This document shows positions 51,742-64,000 of a stretch of 64,000 nucleotides of DNA, one piece after another. The position numbers and the translations under genes were made by a program. The notes beneath the pieces are model-generated. The model was not told the DNA's origin and made no database searches. It was given only the letters and a program-made list of their open reading frames with translations. Positions within the stretch are counted from its first letter, which is position 1. Every line of letters begins with the position of its first letter. Origin of the DNA: Phoronis australis (taxonomy: Eukaryota > Animalia > Phoronida); NCBI GenBank assembly GCA_002633005.1, contig NMRA01000193.1, positions 579,005 through 643,004 on the forward strand, in the 5' to 3' direction.

Positions 51742-54700
51742 GGGGCTATTCGGAAAATTCACATTAACTAGAGGGCGCGCGTGTACTAGTGGTGATAGAT
51801 TAACAGCCTCGATTTCGCGAGCCCTTTAAATACATGGTGAAATGGCTTGTAGGCGTGCCAACTGAATCTGAGATTGCGTGAAAAGGGTGCTTCTATGAGA
51901 GAAAGTAAGCACGATCTAAACAAAGGTAAGGTTTGTGATTATTTTAACAATTATTCCATGTTTATTCTACTGATGCCTGTTAACTGAGATACTCGCCGAT
52001 GTCGACACCACGGCAGTCGCCAGTCGAACACTATACTTGACGTAGCACTCGGGATGTTTTCGTACATCAAAGCAGTATTATTGCTTGGAATGATTTCTAA
52101 CAGGTTTATCAGTGACAGTTACATCAATGAATGTTGAATGTTTAACTCGATATTGGTTAGTGAGATTACAATCCAAGCCCAATGCCATGACAAAGGGTAC
52201 GTAAATATACATTAGACTATTTGTTTACTCCCTATCCTGTGTCTTCCGGAAATTTATTACACGTTGAAATAAAAATCTATCATGTCTGTTTTCACGTGAC
52301 CTTTGGTTTTTAGATTTGAGGGCTTGTACCGTGCAGAAGAGACATGCATCACTTCTGCATCTACCCTGAATGGGCAAAAATTGGTTTAAGCAGTTGACTG
52401 CAGCTAACCAGCATGCTTGATCTTCCCATCAAGTGTAGACCTGTTGTTAAAGCCTACTTTCTTTATCGGAGACAACGAATAAGCTTTGTTACTCCAGCCC
52501 ACAGCATTTCCACTCACCATTAGTGCTGCATGGCACAATGTACATGTCAGTGGCCCCGGTGAAATGTGAATCGCACAACGAAGTTACCATAAGACAACGT
52601 GTTGTTTGTGTATAAAGAGGAATTATATCTGACTGCTACACAAGTCAGCCTCGTTGGTGAGGATGCCCTTTCATAGGCAATAAGTCATGTGTGAACAACA
52701 GCTTATTTCCTTTCCTGGAAGAAACATCAAGGATTGAAGCTAAAGAAGACCTAGTGACACGCTGGTCTAGTTCAGGGTCAGATTTTGGGCACAAAACGAG
52801 TCAAGTGATATACTGTTGTGTTTACCTTCAAGGATCTAATTGAGGCTGAATGAGGTTACCTGGACGAAAGCCACTTGCCGAAACTGGACCTTTTTTACAA
52901 GCGCTTCTATAGGCTATTGAAACTAGATCTCTGTGGAATGAAAACCAAAAGCATCTGGTATAAATACCTGTTCTTTCTCACTGAGTGACCTTAACTTTTC
53001 CTTTCAGAAGGCTTTATGCTAATGGTAAAAACTTTTCAATTTGGTACCCATTATGGGGAAATGACATTCAGTGACTGCATCGATTGTCTTATTGTCAGTA
53101 GAAAGCCAGTTAATGTTACACTTTGATGATGAATAAAATTTTCATCAACAGGCAAGATTGTCACTAATTATTGAAACCACAATATTTCCTCAGTTTTAAA
53201 GCCCCACACAGTGCAGTTGTGCTTATTCTTTATAAAGCTGAAATGATTAGCGATTACGCTTGCAAATTCCTCAGCGCTGACCTCTAGAAATGTGCAGCGA
53301 CCAAAATGAAGCACTCCCGTTGTTTGCATTTGATTTGTCTGTGTGTGTAATTATTTTTAGAGCTTTCTTAAGAAGGCCTTTGAACAATTTTAAGTTTTGT
53401 GTTAACTTGTCCACAACAAAAGTTCCACATGCAATAAAAGTATATAAAAAACAACATTGTTAAAAACAATAGTAATTTTCCCTAGCAATGGAGTTCAAAA
53501 TCAGACATATCATGGGCTGAATTTCTGAATTTTGTTCGATTCTCTCAGGTTAATGCCGAAGGATTTCTTTTCACTTTGTCCAAAGGTAAAATAGACGGTC
53601 AGGCGGCTGGTTTCAGTTGTTTTCTCTCACCTGTAACAGAATAGCGAGAGAAATATTAACAAATTATAAAAGAAATCACAAGACAAAACTACTTTAGTAA
53701 GGCAGAACATACTTGACGTTTCATCTTCATGTTTATATGTAGAAACTAATAATCTCTGTACCCAAGTCTTATTTAAGATCTGAATTAAACTATGTGAAAC
53801 AGGCTAAAAGTGATTTAATAATGTGTATTTTTCACAACACCCGAAATGTGCATCTGACCTCAACAAGTAAAATTCATTCTAGGTGTCAATTTTTATTCTA
53901 ATGCAATGTTATAACGTTTACTGAATACTGAGCTCATTGATCGGTTAATTCAGTAACTAATCTGGTAGTCCTGGGGGTAGAGTCCGCCATAAAATAAGGA
54001 AACTCACTCGTCTAGAGAATTTTATTGGACATAGCATAGCTTTGAATAGAGCCTGCTGTGAAAGTCATCCTTGACTTCTGAGCGTCATGTATCATACACC
54101 TCCTATATTGGGCGCATTCCCACCCCTGGAGCACGTACAATATGTGAATATGTGATGCTAGCCCCCCCCCGGCATCCGAGTCCTGTGTGAGTTTCCGAAA
54201 AGAAACNGTCAATTTTTATTCTAATGCAATGTTATAACGTTTACTGAATACTGAGCTCATTGATCGGTTAATTCAGTAACTAATCTGGTAGTCATGGGGG
54301 TAGAGTCCGCCATAAAATAAGGAAACTCACTCGTCTAGAGAATTTTATTGGACATAGCATAGCTTTGAATAGAGCCTGCTGTGAAAGTCATCCTTGACTT
54401 CTGAGCGTCATGTATCATACACCTCCTATATTGGGCGCATTCCCACCCCTGGAGCACGTACAATATGTGAATATGTGATGCTAGCCCCCCCCCGGCATCC
54501 GAGTCCTGTGTGAGTTTCCGAAAAGAAACACTTAGTTCCATTCAATAAACCCGTTATTCAGAGGGGTAACTGGTGGGGATTATATCACCGAACGATGTCG
54601 ATAGAAACTTGATTGCTAAAAACTTACCAAGTTACGTTATGTAGTCTCCCAAAGGGACTTCGGCATCCACCCACTTTTTGTCAGTTGGTTGACCCTTTTG

Positions 54701-54928
54701 ACCGCAATGCTCCATGAATATAGTAACCTTAGGTCTTTTGGTAATTTGTGACCACCTGTCAAAGACTTGCACCTGAGAAAATAGCAATAAAAAGGCTTTG
54801 CACGACGACGTATTTTGATAACAATTCCATGTTTTACCAGTTGTTTACATGCAGACAGCGACGCATGCGCAATTCAATCACCACTAGTACAGCAGCGACA
54901 CCGCAAGGAGAATTCTCCGAATAGCCCC
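51742..54928 (+). mobile_element. ISL2EU-like DNA transposon (decayed)
   Basis: TIRs GGGGCTATTCGGA(A/G)AATTC at both ends with AT on both flanks. SWIM-like CTC..GPGE.C.SH remnant at ~52516-52577 and TSQP..W downstream, as in the exonuclease-type ORF of such elements. Confidence 0.6.
53885..54529. repeat. 322-bp tandem duplication separated by a single N (likely assembly overlap)
   Basis: 53885-54206 versus 54208-54529 differ by one base seen; N at 54207. Confidence 0.9.
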
Positions 54929-57900
54929 ATATACAGAATTGGTTTGCTTAAATGTTTGTGATTAATTTTAAAGACACCAGCATTTCCCCTCTAAAATATG
55001 AAATTATAATAGATTTGTTCATCTAACTCATTGAATACCAAACTAAAGCATACAATGTGTTAGTTGAATGATGGCTGATCTTAGGTGCAAGTTTGCGAAA
55101 TTATCTATTTATCTGGCACTGCCAGTCGCATCAAGTGTGGTAGTTTTACAAATTGCCGAGAGAAACAACTTTGAAAACTCTTTGGAAATGTACAAGGAAC
55201 TTAGCGAGACATTTGAGAACCTTAAAAGTGAGGGAGGTGATGTGAAGGAGGTGGAACGTGTCCTCTGGAGTAGTCTGACTGCCTCGAAGGCGTGCTGCAG
55301 GAGGTAGATAATCTAACGTAGTACATTCACTTGCCCGAATCATCGATACAACCCTCGATCTATATTGGCGTCGCCAAAAACACTGAGTACATCCGCTGCA
55401 CACAACTGGGGAAATCCTACAGAGGTTTGAAAAATGACCAAAGACGTACATGTAAAATCGAGGTTCAACGTCCTGCTTCGTGTGAGCTCAGATAGGAATC
55501 ACTAAACTCCAGGGTCTGACCCTGAGGAATACTTTTAGGAGCACGTCAATCACGCGTAAATACTTTTAATGATGCACCGTGATTGCTTATAACTTGGGCC
55601 GTATTGCTTAATCATATCTTATTTCAAATGTCTTGAAGTACACTATATGCAGTGTATTGTTGCACAACGGGATGACTGCAGAGGGGAACAACTGATCAAA
55701 ATGCCATACCAACAGTGTTAGCAATATCCTGTCTGCGAAAAATTATGTTTGGTTAAGTTCATCAGTTTTGTTGCGCGCTTAGGATTGCAACAGGTACGCG
55801 GAATCACAGAAACTGACCCCACCTTGCCGCTGGATGGCTGGTGCTCTCATGGACTAGTACATAATTGTTGACGATAACAATGGCACCTGCCAATAACTTC
55901 GATGGGATTGAACTTGTACGTTAATACAGCACCACAGCGTCGATACTCCGCTGTTATATCCATATTTTTTATTGCAAAGTTACTTGGCGTTGTTAACTTT
56001 GACTGTTTATACTGACCGCAACTCTCCAAAACACCGATATGTCGACGTTAGTATGAAAGGGCCTAACGATTACAGGGCAATGTCGTTGCTAATAGTTGTC
56101 CATATTTTGCTCGAATAATCACCAATCGAATAAGAAATAGGTCTTTGTGTCATTTAGCACATGTCAATGTTCCCAATTTATCACATTAAAAATCTTAGTG
56201 TACACGCGATGCATCAGCGCTAACTTGAGATTACTTCGATGACAACAGTGTCAGCTACCGTTCACTTCGAAACTACCGAAGCCGGTATGAACGGTTCAGT
56301 TAACTTCGCTGTTTACGCCGACGTTACGCTCAGACAGGAGTTGAGTCAGTATTTCAACAAGCAAAACAGTGTAGCAGTTATTGAAAAGAATTGTTCTGGG
56401 AGACGGGGAGGGGGGGACAGTTTGTAGAATGTGTTAGGCGTATGCTGCCCGACTCTCCCTTACCTGGTCATGCCAATAGCGTTACCAGAACACGAAAGCT
56501 CATATACCCGTTGGTCGTAGTGAGCACAGTGGGTGGCGAGTCTTGGTCAACCTGGCTATACTTGAGAACATCTATTTGGTTTTGCTATATTTTTTCCATT
56601 GAATTATGAGAATACTGAGCACCGACATATGCCCATGTGACTGTATACTGATCTCTTATTCCATTAATTTTTAAAAGAAAGAATAGGTGTGCCACACTGG
56701 AGCTTTTGAAAGCCACGTTTTCCCTGTATTTCCATCTTAATCTGTGCAGGTTAGGAAAAAATGGTGATTTGCAGCCTGCATGGTCCAACCACATTACTTG
56801 AACCCACAACCTGGGTAAATTAGCCAATTAAGTAGCATGACTGGAATACAAATTTGTAAGTTTCCTCATGTCATGGAATTGGTAAGTTTTCGAGTTCTGT
56901 ATCGAATACAGAGATTAGGCTCTAATGTAAGCTTGAATTTTCGCCAATATTAATGTTACACTATAAGTCTCTTATGTTGCTGTCAGGTTAGAATGATCCT
57001 GTCTCAGGTATAAATTTTACGTATTGGTAAATCAAACTTAATTTAGTCGTACTTGTATGACAAATTGAGTTAAAGTACGTTCTTATAAGTCTTGAGACTG
57101 CTACTGGTAAAATGAGTCAAATTGTAGTATTTCAACCCTTCTTTGTCACATGTACTTTCATAATAAGTGGTTTAGACGAACCCCCATATAAACTTCATCA
57201 GGAGAGTCCCAGACTGATCATAGAAGCAGATCGAGTGAAGAAACCTTGAGGTATTGTATTACACTTCATGACGGTGTTCTCCCGTTCAGTGATTTTACCA
57301 AACGTTGAGGGTTGTGAGCGTGTGATAACATCTAGCTCCTTTGTTAACTGCCAAGCACATTCTTTTGTCTGGTATGACAACAGGCAGGCCAATTTTCTAT
57401 CAGGCTTATTACAGACCACTTGTGAACACAGTCAAACGGCTTGATCGAATTGATGCGTTCGGAAAGAATAGAATATCGTAACTTAGGTTGCAGTTGGACG
57501 ATTTCGTCGATTCAAAAACTAAACATGATCAGCATTTGAAGAGACATTCAGAAATGCTGTTGGTTTATGTTCAAATATGTTATAACTTAACTTATTTTTT
57601 TTAACAGCACAGCCCACTCAGGCTACATACGATCTTATTGGAGATTAAGGCAATTATCGAACAAAAAAGAGCTGCCGCTGCAACCATTAATGTCAGAATG
57701 GAGTTAATCAACCGTGTAAGATATTGGCTACAGAGGTCATCAACGGGAAAACACCGTAATTGCATTTCCTTAATATCTCATAGAGTGACATTTCACAATT
57801 TAATCAACTCACAACTCGCAATTCTAACCTGCCAAAGGTATCGCTGTGTTTTGTTTAAAATATTTAAGCTTGTCTTGTTTAAAGCATATTCAATTTGTAT

Positions 57901-58675
57901 TCATGGATTCATCCAGGATTTCGAAAATAGGGTGTCCAAAACGGGGTTCCCAATATTTCAGGGGGTCTGTGATCCCGCATTACCCCCACCAATGTGTACC
58001 AGCAACCCCACACACATTGATTTTACAAATATTACGTAGACCAAGGCGTTTACATCTGAATTTTCAAAAAACCTGTAGCGAGCTTTTTTATTAAAACTGC
58101 TTGGACCTAGACTTCGTCGTCTAAATTTACGATAACAGCCAAGCAGCTTACTAAATAAGTATTAGATATTTTTTGAACGATGAGTGCACTTCGCACATGA
58201 CGTGTGCTTTGTATTTTGGTGACAGGTGTCAATGCTGCTCCATACTAAAACAAAATTGCACACTGAAATGCATGAAACAGTTTGAGTTATTTATACTAGG
58301 TATGTGTAAACCCTATTTCAATCGTATCAGTGTAATGTTTTTACTCTTACTTATTAGTGCTTTGGGGGATGTCCAGTTGAGCAAACAACAGTTCTAAAGT
58401 AACTAATTTGCACGTGAAAATGTACAGCTGTCTTACAACTGAAGTATAACTACAATCTAAATCCAGTTGCTGGTAAAAATTTTGTGTATCATTTAGTTGT
58501 GGGGAGCAATCACTACTTCCAAAGACCTTATTTTGATTTCCGTAAAACAATTCATTGTCATGCCCATAATGCAGCATTTCAGGTTTGGCTATGCTATTCA
58601 AACTCATAGGCGTAATGAACCAATTTTCTTCTTGCCCAGGACCAAAAATTCTTTGTCACGCTGCGTTTACTTCCA

Positions 58676-59435
58676 CATAGGCGGATTTAAGGGGGGGCCC
58701 AGGGCCCCCCCTTGGCTGCCTCAAAAAATAAAACAGTAAGAGCGTAGGGAAATGGTGAGTTTATTAATTAACCCCGGTAATTAAAATTATACGGATGAAA
58801 AAAGATTTAAATGCGTGCAGTTTTAGTGTTTGGGGAGGGAGGGGGGGCTCAAACCCCAATTTCAAGTNCGCAATACTCTCTTTGTCAAATCTTATCTAAA
58901 GACGATTTCCAAAGCAATCCCGTCATTATTGCCAACACGAAAAACGGATTTGGTCATTTGGGCATTTGAAGACTATTTTAAATACGACAAATTTGTTAAG
59001 AATTCATGGCACAAAATATAAAACGTGTAATAAGCATTACGCAAAGAAGTAGGTTTCGCGCGCAAACGCTGTGGACCATAAACAAGTAGGTCTTTTAGTA
59101 TTTCATTAGTAGTTAAATCGTGGTGGTGTAGTGGTAACGCACGCGCTCTCTATCCGCCAGGTCGTCAGTTCGAGTCTTTGGTATGTTCGGTTTTTCCTGT
59201 TTGACACGTTCTCCGTGTTTTTTTTTTTCCCTTTTTTTCTTGGATAATACTTCAGGAATTCTTGATTTTTAGAGGTAAAAACAAAAATTTCCTGAGCGGG
59301 AGGGGGGCAGACCCCCCCTCCCGACCTCCCCCCATTCGGTGCTATGCGCATCTACAATCGTGATTCAGTTTGCGCAAATGCTTACAGCCGGACGAAATGT
59401 TGGGCCCCCCTTGTGATATCCTAGATCCGCCACTG
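58676..59435. mobile_element. Non-autonomous TIR element (hAT-like MITE) with a 6-bp TSD
   Basis: Termini CATAGGCGGAT and ATCCGCCACTG. CTTCCA at 58670-58675 and 59436-59441. G/C-run internal hairpins. Confidence 0.8.
59120..59185 (+). ncRNA. tRNA-derived sequence inside the MITE
   Basis: TGGTGTAGTGGTAA (A box) and GTTCGAGTC (B box); no good cloverleaf. Confidence 0.5.
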
Positions 59436-61532
59436 CTTCCATAAGCCAACTGGTGTAGTGTATGACCAAGAACAGGCTTCACAAAGAACTACTTTCTCTG
59501 CACGTGCAGGTCAATTTCAAAAGGCCTATTGTGTGTGCACAAGACACCCATGATTGAAAACCATCAACACCCATGATTTACAGCCATCAGTACAATTGTA
59601 AGCCAGCGTTTTGCCTAGTTACCTCTTCCAAGTCCATAATGGGACCTGAGCCCTTCATCTCCCCTAAATTCGCCTTTGTATGATTCTATCTGTCGATTCA
59701 ATTTTACTTTTTCAGATTCATGTATACAGGTCTAAGTTTGCAGTAAAGAGGCCTCAGAATGAACTTTAAAGTGAATGTCTTCTTACAAATGTCACTATCG
59801 TCATCTTGCAGGGATATGCAGCTGTCGCCTGCATATTTGATAAAAATAGATGTGAATTTTGGGCTTGTTACTACTTGAGACAGGAAAACCCGAGATCAAT
59901 TTGATATCGGTAAGTGGTTAAAATCAAAAGTTAAGTTGCATGGGTGTAGCAGGGTTTTATAGCTACAATAATTGTTCGCGAAAAATGCAACTCCCGCCTC
60001 TCTGAACGGTGATTTCCTGTTGTTTACTGATAAACGATGATAGTATGAGCCTTGTTTGAGCTTAAATATACAGTTATGCGGTAGCTTTATATTCATGCAA
60101 CGGCTGATGAGTAACACTTGGGACATAAAAATGTTACTGTGGGTTTAATTTCCAGTCTTAGAGCTTTAGGATCCGTGTAATGGCCATCAAAAGTTATGAT
60201 TCGATGAGTATTGATACCAAAAGTCAAGTGGCAATATGTAGATTAGTTCTTGCATCATCTTTTTAACTTGTAACCTCTCACACTTGTTGATACTAGCATT
60301 CAGTCGGTGACATGGGTTCGGTTATCATTACTTGTACCCACTGGTGGTTTTCTTTGCACTATATCTTTGGTTTAGTGTTTCAGTGCTCATAATATTGTAA
60401 CTTTACACAGTCCTTTTATCACGTACAGGCTGCGCAGTTACTTCAGTGACAAATCCGAGAAGTATGCACTCAAAGATTAAGAAAGATGACTACAATGTCA
60501 CTGGCGTCTATAACTAGCGCATGCTTTAGAGAAGAACAAGGCGTGCAAAAACTTGCCAATGATCAAAATAAACTATCACTGCTACAGTGAACACTTGACA
60601 CTATTTTTAAAGTTACCTTTGCACAGTAGCTTGACGTGGATATCGACTGTAGTCAGTTCCTCAAGACACGACAATATTTTTCAACTTATCCGTTTACCGT
60701 AGTGTATATAAGTCTGACATTTTACTTTTGTATAAGTAAACCAACAATACTTGATCAGTGTTTGCGTAAATGTAACTCCAAATAAGGGATACAGTACCTG
60801 CTTTGTAATTGAATTGTTCATGTTAATTGGTTCAGGTTGTGTTTGTCAACCCGCATCAGCTGCTTTTGTTGATCCACATGGTGGTGAATTAACTACTTAA
60901 TTAAAATAGCTGTGTCCATGAGTGCAAACATATTTCTATTTATTGCATGTCATGCAGCAACTCGTGTTTGTATTTACGTTTATATTATGTTGGGCATTAC
61001 TGCAGTGAAATGTATTTGATATTGTGCAGGTTAAACTTTGGCACTAAAAATCTATTCCGTTCATCAATGTGATTACGCCATTGCTGTTAAAGCTGCTCTA
61101 GACTTTCCTTAGATCAAATCAACCAACTCTTTTGTTTTTACTAATTATTGTCTTGGCCCATTCCATACTCAAAATACATGTGATTCCTGGAATTAGAAAG
61201 AATTGACAGTACGCTATATCTCGAGCCTCAGCTTATCAAGTTGGCTTAAAACAGCATTTTTTCTTGGTGGATTCTTTCAAAGCCAATAATGAAGATTTAA
61301 GTCAGTATTATTTGTCAGCATTTTCTGTGGCGTATTTTAGTGGTACTTAGCAAATGTGTTGCATTACAGGTTTCCAGTTTTTTACCTATTTAACTTGTGT
61401 GATTACTGATGAAAGAAAACAAGAGGGACTTAATGACACATAAGTTCTATTGCGTTAAAAACGAGTGCTTCGTGCCTTGAATTAAACGCATACCTGCATG
61501 TGAAGAGACTGAACATCAATTGTCACCTAACT

Positions 61533-63222
61533 TCATTCCTCTGCACATGGCTCAGTAATCATGTTGTCACTGTTAATTGAGTGTTGCTTGTTGCTGGTGG
61601 TGTGGTGGTGCACACCACAATGATCCTTTAAGAACATGACAATCATACAAAATGCCAGTCTGAGCAGTACATGGATAACATTGATCAATTCCACAGGGTA
61701 CATATTTATGCAAAAGTGTGAGTATACCTGAAACTGAAACTTCACCGGTCAAACTGTGCTCAGACAAATTAAGTTTAGTTTTTGCATTGATTAACTTGTC
61801 AATACTGATGCTAGAAGAGTGATAACAGTCGACATTCAAGGAGGATAGATGTTTTTGAAACACTCGTTAAGCCCCATTCCCTGTAAACTGATAGATTCTG
61901 TTCTTGATAAAATGAATCTGGAAGGGCCTAGTTGCATATTCAAATTCCTGTAAGGGGTACAAACAAGATAACAGCAAGCGCTTTCATCAACATACCCCTG
62001 TCCTCCTGCCCTGTATTTACCCAATCGAGACCATACCACTGATAATACAAAGCCAAAGTACCCAGGCACCTGAAATTTATACCTGCTTAACCTTTATTAA
62101 TGCTCCTACTGATCTGTCTTTGGCTATACCCCTTGCCTTTGAGGAGGTCCCATTCACAGTATATTGTCCTGTAATAATTACATGACCACTCTCAGAGCCC
62201 TGTAATGTGAAAACCAAATTTCTCCACTGAACAACAGGTATTAAATTGGTGGTCTCCCACTCCCACGCATGGTTTGGTATTATCTTACTTATCTCGCAAC
62301 AAGCTTAGGTCTAGCAACACTACCCAAGTTTGCTTGCATTCAACCTGAGGCTGTCATCGCTAATCCAATGGTTTGTGTTTAAGTGGGCTACATGTAAATA
62401 GCTGACTAGTACTAGTAGAGCATAGAGTTCCTGGTGATAGACGATGCTTTTCTTGTGATAATGAAAATCCACGAATGATTTTGCAATTCAAGTCCAAAGT
62501 CTTAAAATTGCCAGCAGGTAGAAATCCAGCCCACGACCGTCGAGTGACAAGCAGGATCCATCCAACCACAGTAACATTTTCAGTCACAACATTGATGGAC
62601 CTAAGACTAGGTTAACCTGTAGATTTTGCTCAACTCGAGCACAGCGATTACAAATTCAGTACTAATTTCCCTCAAGTAATGATCTCATCTAATTCTAAGC
62701 GTACCAGGTTTTCCGTACATAAGCCCAAACGATGAAACGCCCATGGGCGTTTATTTGGTGTTACAACTTGTGGTGTCAAGTGTCCAGACAGCGTCACGTA
62801 GTTTGGAAATTTTCCTCTTAAAAACCCACTCAGCGTCAACTTTCTGTCACAAATTCAGTTTTGTGGAGCCTTTGTCATTTATAAAAAGGAACAAGGCGTT
62901 GGCGAACTATGAATTTATTAACAAAAAAATTAAAAACGTAATTTTAAGTAAAATAGTGTCAAGTCAAGTAAGACTATGGCTTTCCGTTTACTGGCACGCT
63001 CCCTTTTCCGAATAAACACCCGGGCGATTATTTGGTGTTCCTAAGACGCCTGAAAATTTTCATTTTCGGAATACACGCTCATGGGCATATCTAAGGAAAT
63101 TCCCGATAATAGTTAGGCTGTTCAGGTCATACAGAGAGCAATATCGTCATCGAAATGTTCAAGAAACGAATAACTTACCTAGCTAAGACAAACTTCCCTT
63201 CTTCGAAGTAGTACCGAAAACA
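61533..63222 (-). pseudogene. Decayed unidentified protein-coding gene ('gene Z'), copy 2
   Basis: Homologous to 1101-2180. Third-position differences support a minus-strand frame (ATC/ATT, GGA/GGG, TTA/TTG in KIIRGFSL). Donor at ~63178 and candidate acceptor TACAG at ~62617. Several stops and frameshifts. Confidence 0.55.
62704..63106. mobile_element. Tc1/mariner-pogo-type MITE with TA duplication
   Basis: Imperfect TIRs CCAGGTTTTCCGTACATAAGCCCA and TGGGCATATCTAAGGAAATTCCCGA, with TA on both flanks. The paralogous copy has the empty site (CTAAGAGTAATAG at ~2093). Confidence 0.8.
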
Positions 63223-64000
63223 GCAAATATTTGTCTCAAGTTGCCAAAAGGTCAAACCGCACAACATAATGGGTTACATTCGTTTGTTTTGATCGCATAG
63301 ATTTTAAGAAAACAAAAATAAAAAATATGTACAGGCAGTAGATCGTGAGTATGTTTCAAAGGTCTTTATGCAGATTCACGGTGTTTTTAAAACGGATCAA
63401 ATGACTTAAGCACAATAGCCTTTGCAGCAGGTACTAGTGTACTTCTGGAGGTAGAACATGAGGTTTCTCACTTCAGTTACAGCACAGTCTTATCATGGAC
63501 AGTTCCACCATTTCCTAGTTCAGCAGCATGTCGTAGAAATGACTGAAAAAAACAGTTTGGGTGAAAAATGTTGCAATTTCTTTGATAAAAACCTAGTAAC
63601 ACAGGTGTTACATGTGATGACAGACAAACATTTGACTGCCTACCGCAGCTGTCTCAACAAGCATACACGAATTTGAGTTACTTCAAGTTCTGTGTTAATG
63701 TAACACCAGTTTCAAGCAACAAACACTTGTGTAATACAAACAACATGCTAAACACGAGCTGGCCTTTCCGACTTATCTCGAGAGAGGACTGATCAACGTT
63801 CTCAGACCCGCTTGATCAGATCTCGACAGCGCTTATTATCCCACAATGTCTTAGCACCGTGGTTTAAGCTAAGACCAAAAGTTAACCTGATATGGAGTAG
63901 GCTTAAATTGTAGTTTTTGGTCTAAATGAACGATACCTATGATTGTAAACTTTTGAAGATCAAATTTCGTTGATATTTTTCACAATCTAATGACTCTGAA

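Larger units (their letters stand above)
50220..56064 (-). mobile_element. Inner Harbinger-like element of the same family, opposite orientation
   Basis: Termini AGGCTCTTTCATACT (50220) and AGTATGAAAGGGCCT (56064). The 3-bp direct repeat AAC lies at 50217-50219 and 56065-56067. Confidence 0.65.
49397..56355 (+). mobile_element. Outer Harbinger-like MITE split by a CR1 fragment and by an inverted relative
   Basis: The left arm starts AGGCCCTTTTATACTAACGTCGAC and spans 49397-49443 plus 50063-50219. The right arm at 56065-56355 is homologous to the revcomp of 50225-50457. Confidence 0.65.

Noticed and set aside
53885-54529. Tandem duplication giving twin ORFs 54012..54212 and 54335..54541
   Set aside because: Near-identical copies flanking a single N are typical of an unmerged contig overlap.

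Overview
AT-rich, repeat-dense eukaryotic (invertebrate animal-like) genomic DNA. No prokaryotic operons, rRNA or CRISPR arrays are seen. The main gene is a minus-strand GRL101-type (LGR/relaxin-receptor-like) GPCR with three very large coding exons: 46623-44047, 35497-34536 and 30656-28280. Its GT-AG sites match in phase (0/0 and 2/2), and the exons total 5916 nt = 1972 codons. The architecture is signal peptide - several CUB - two C-type lectin - about 7 LDLa - LRR - 7TM, with one in-frame TGA at 45723-45721. The first ~2.2 kb is a decayed paralogous copy in which the receptor's last exon is fused by microhomology to an unidentified decayed gene also present at 61.6-63.2 kb, implying a segmental duplication followed by a ~31-kb-equivalent deletion. 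The rest is mostly transposable elements: a full-length decayed BEL/Pao LTR element, L1/Tx1, CR1 and Penelope retroelements, a THAP mini-transposon, Crypton-like palindromic elements with a tRNA-like core, a self-nested Harbinger-like pair containing an ISL2EU-like element, and several MITEs. Family names come from motif recognition by eye; no database search was run.
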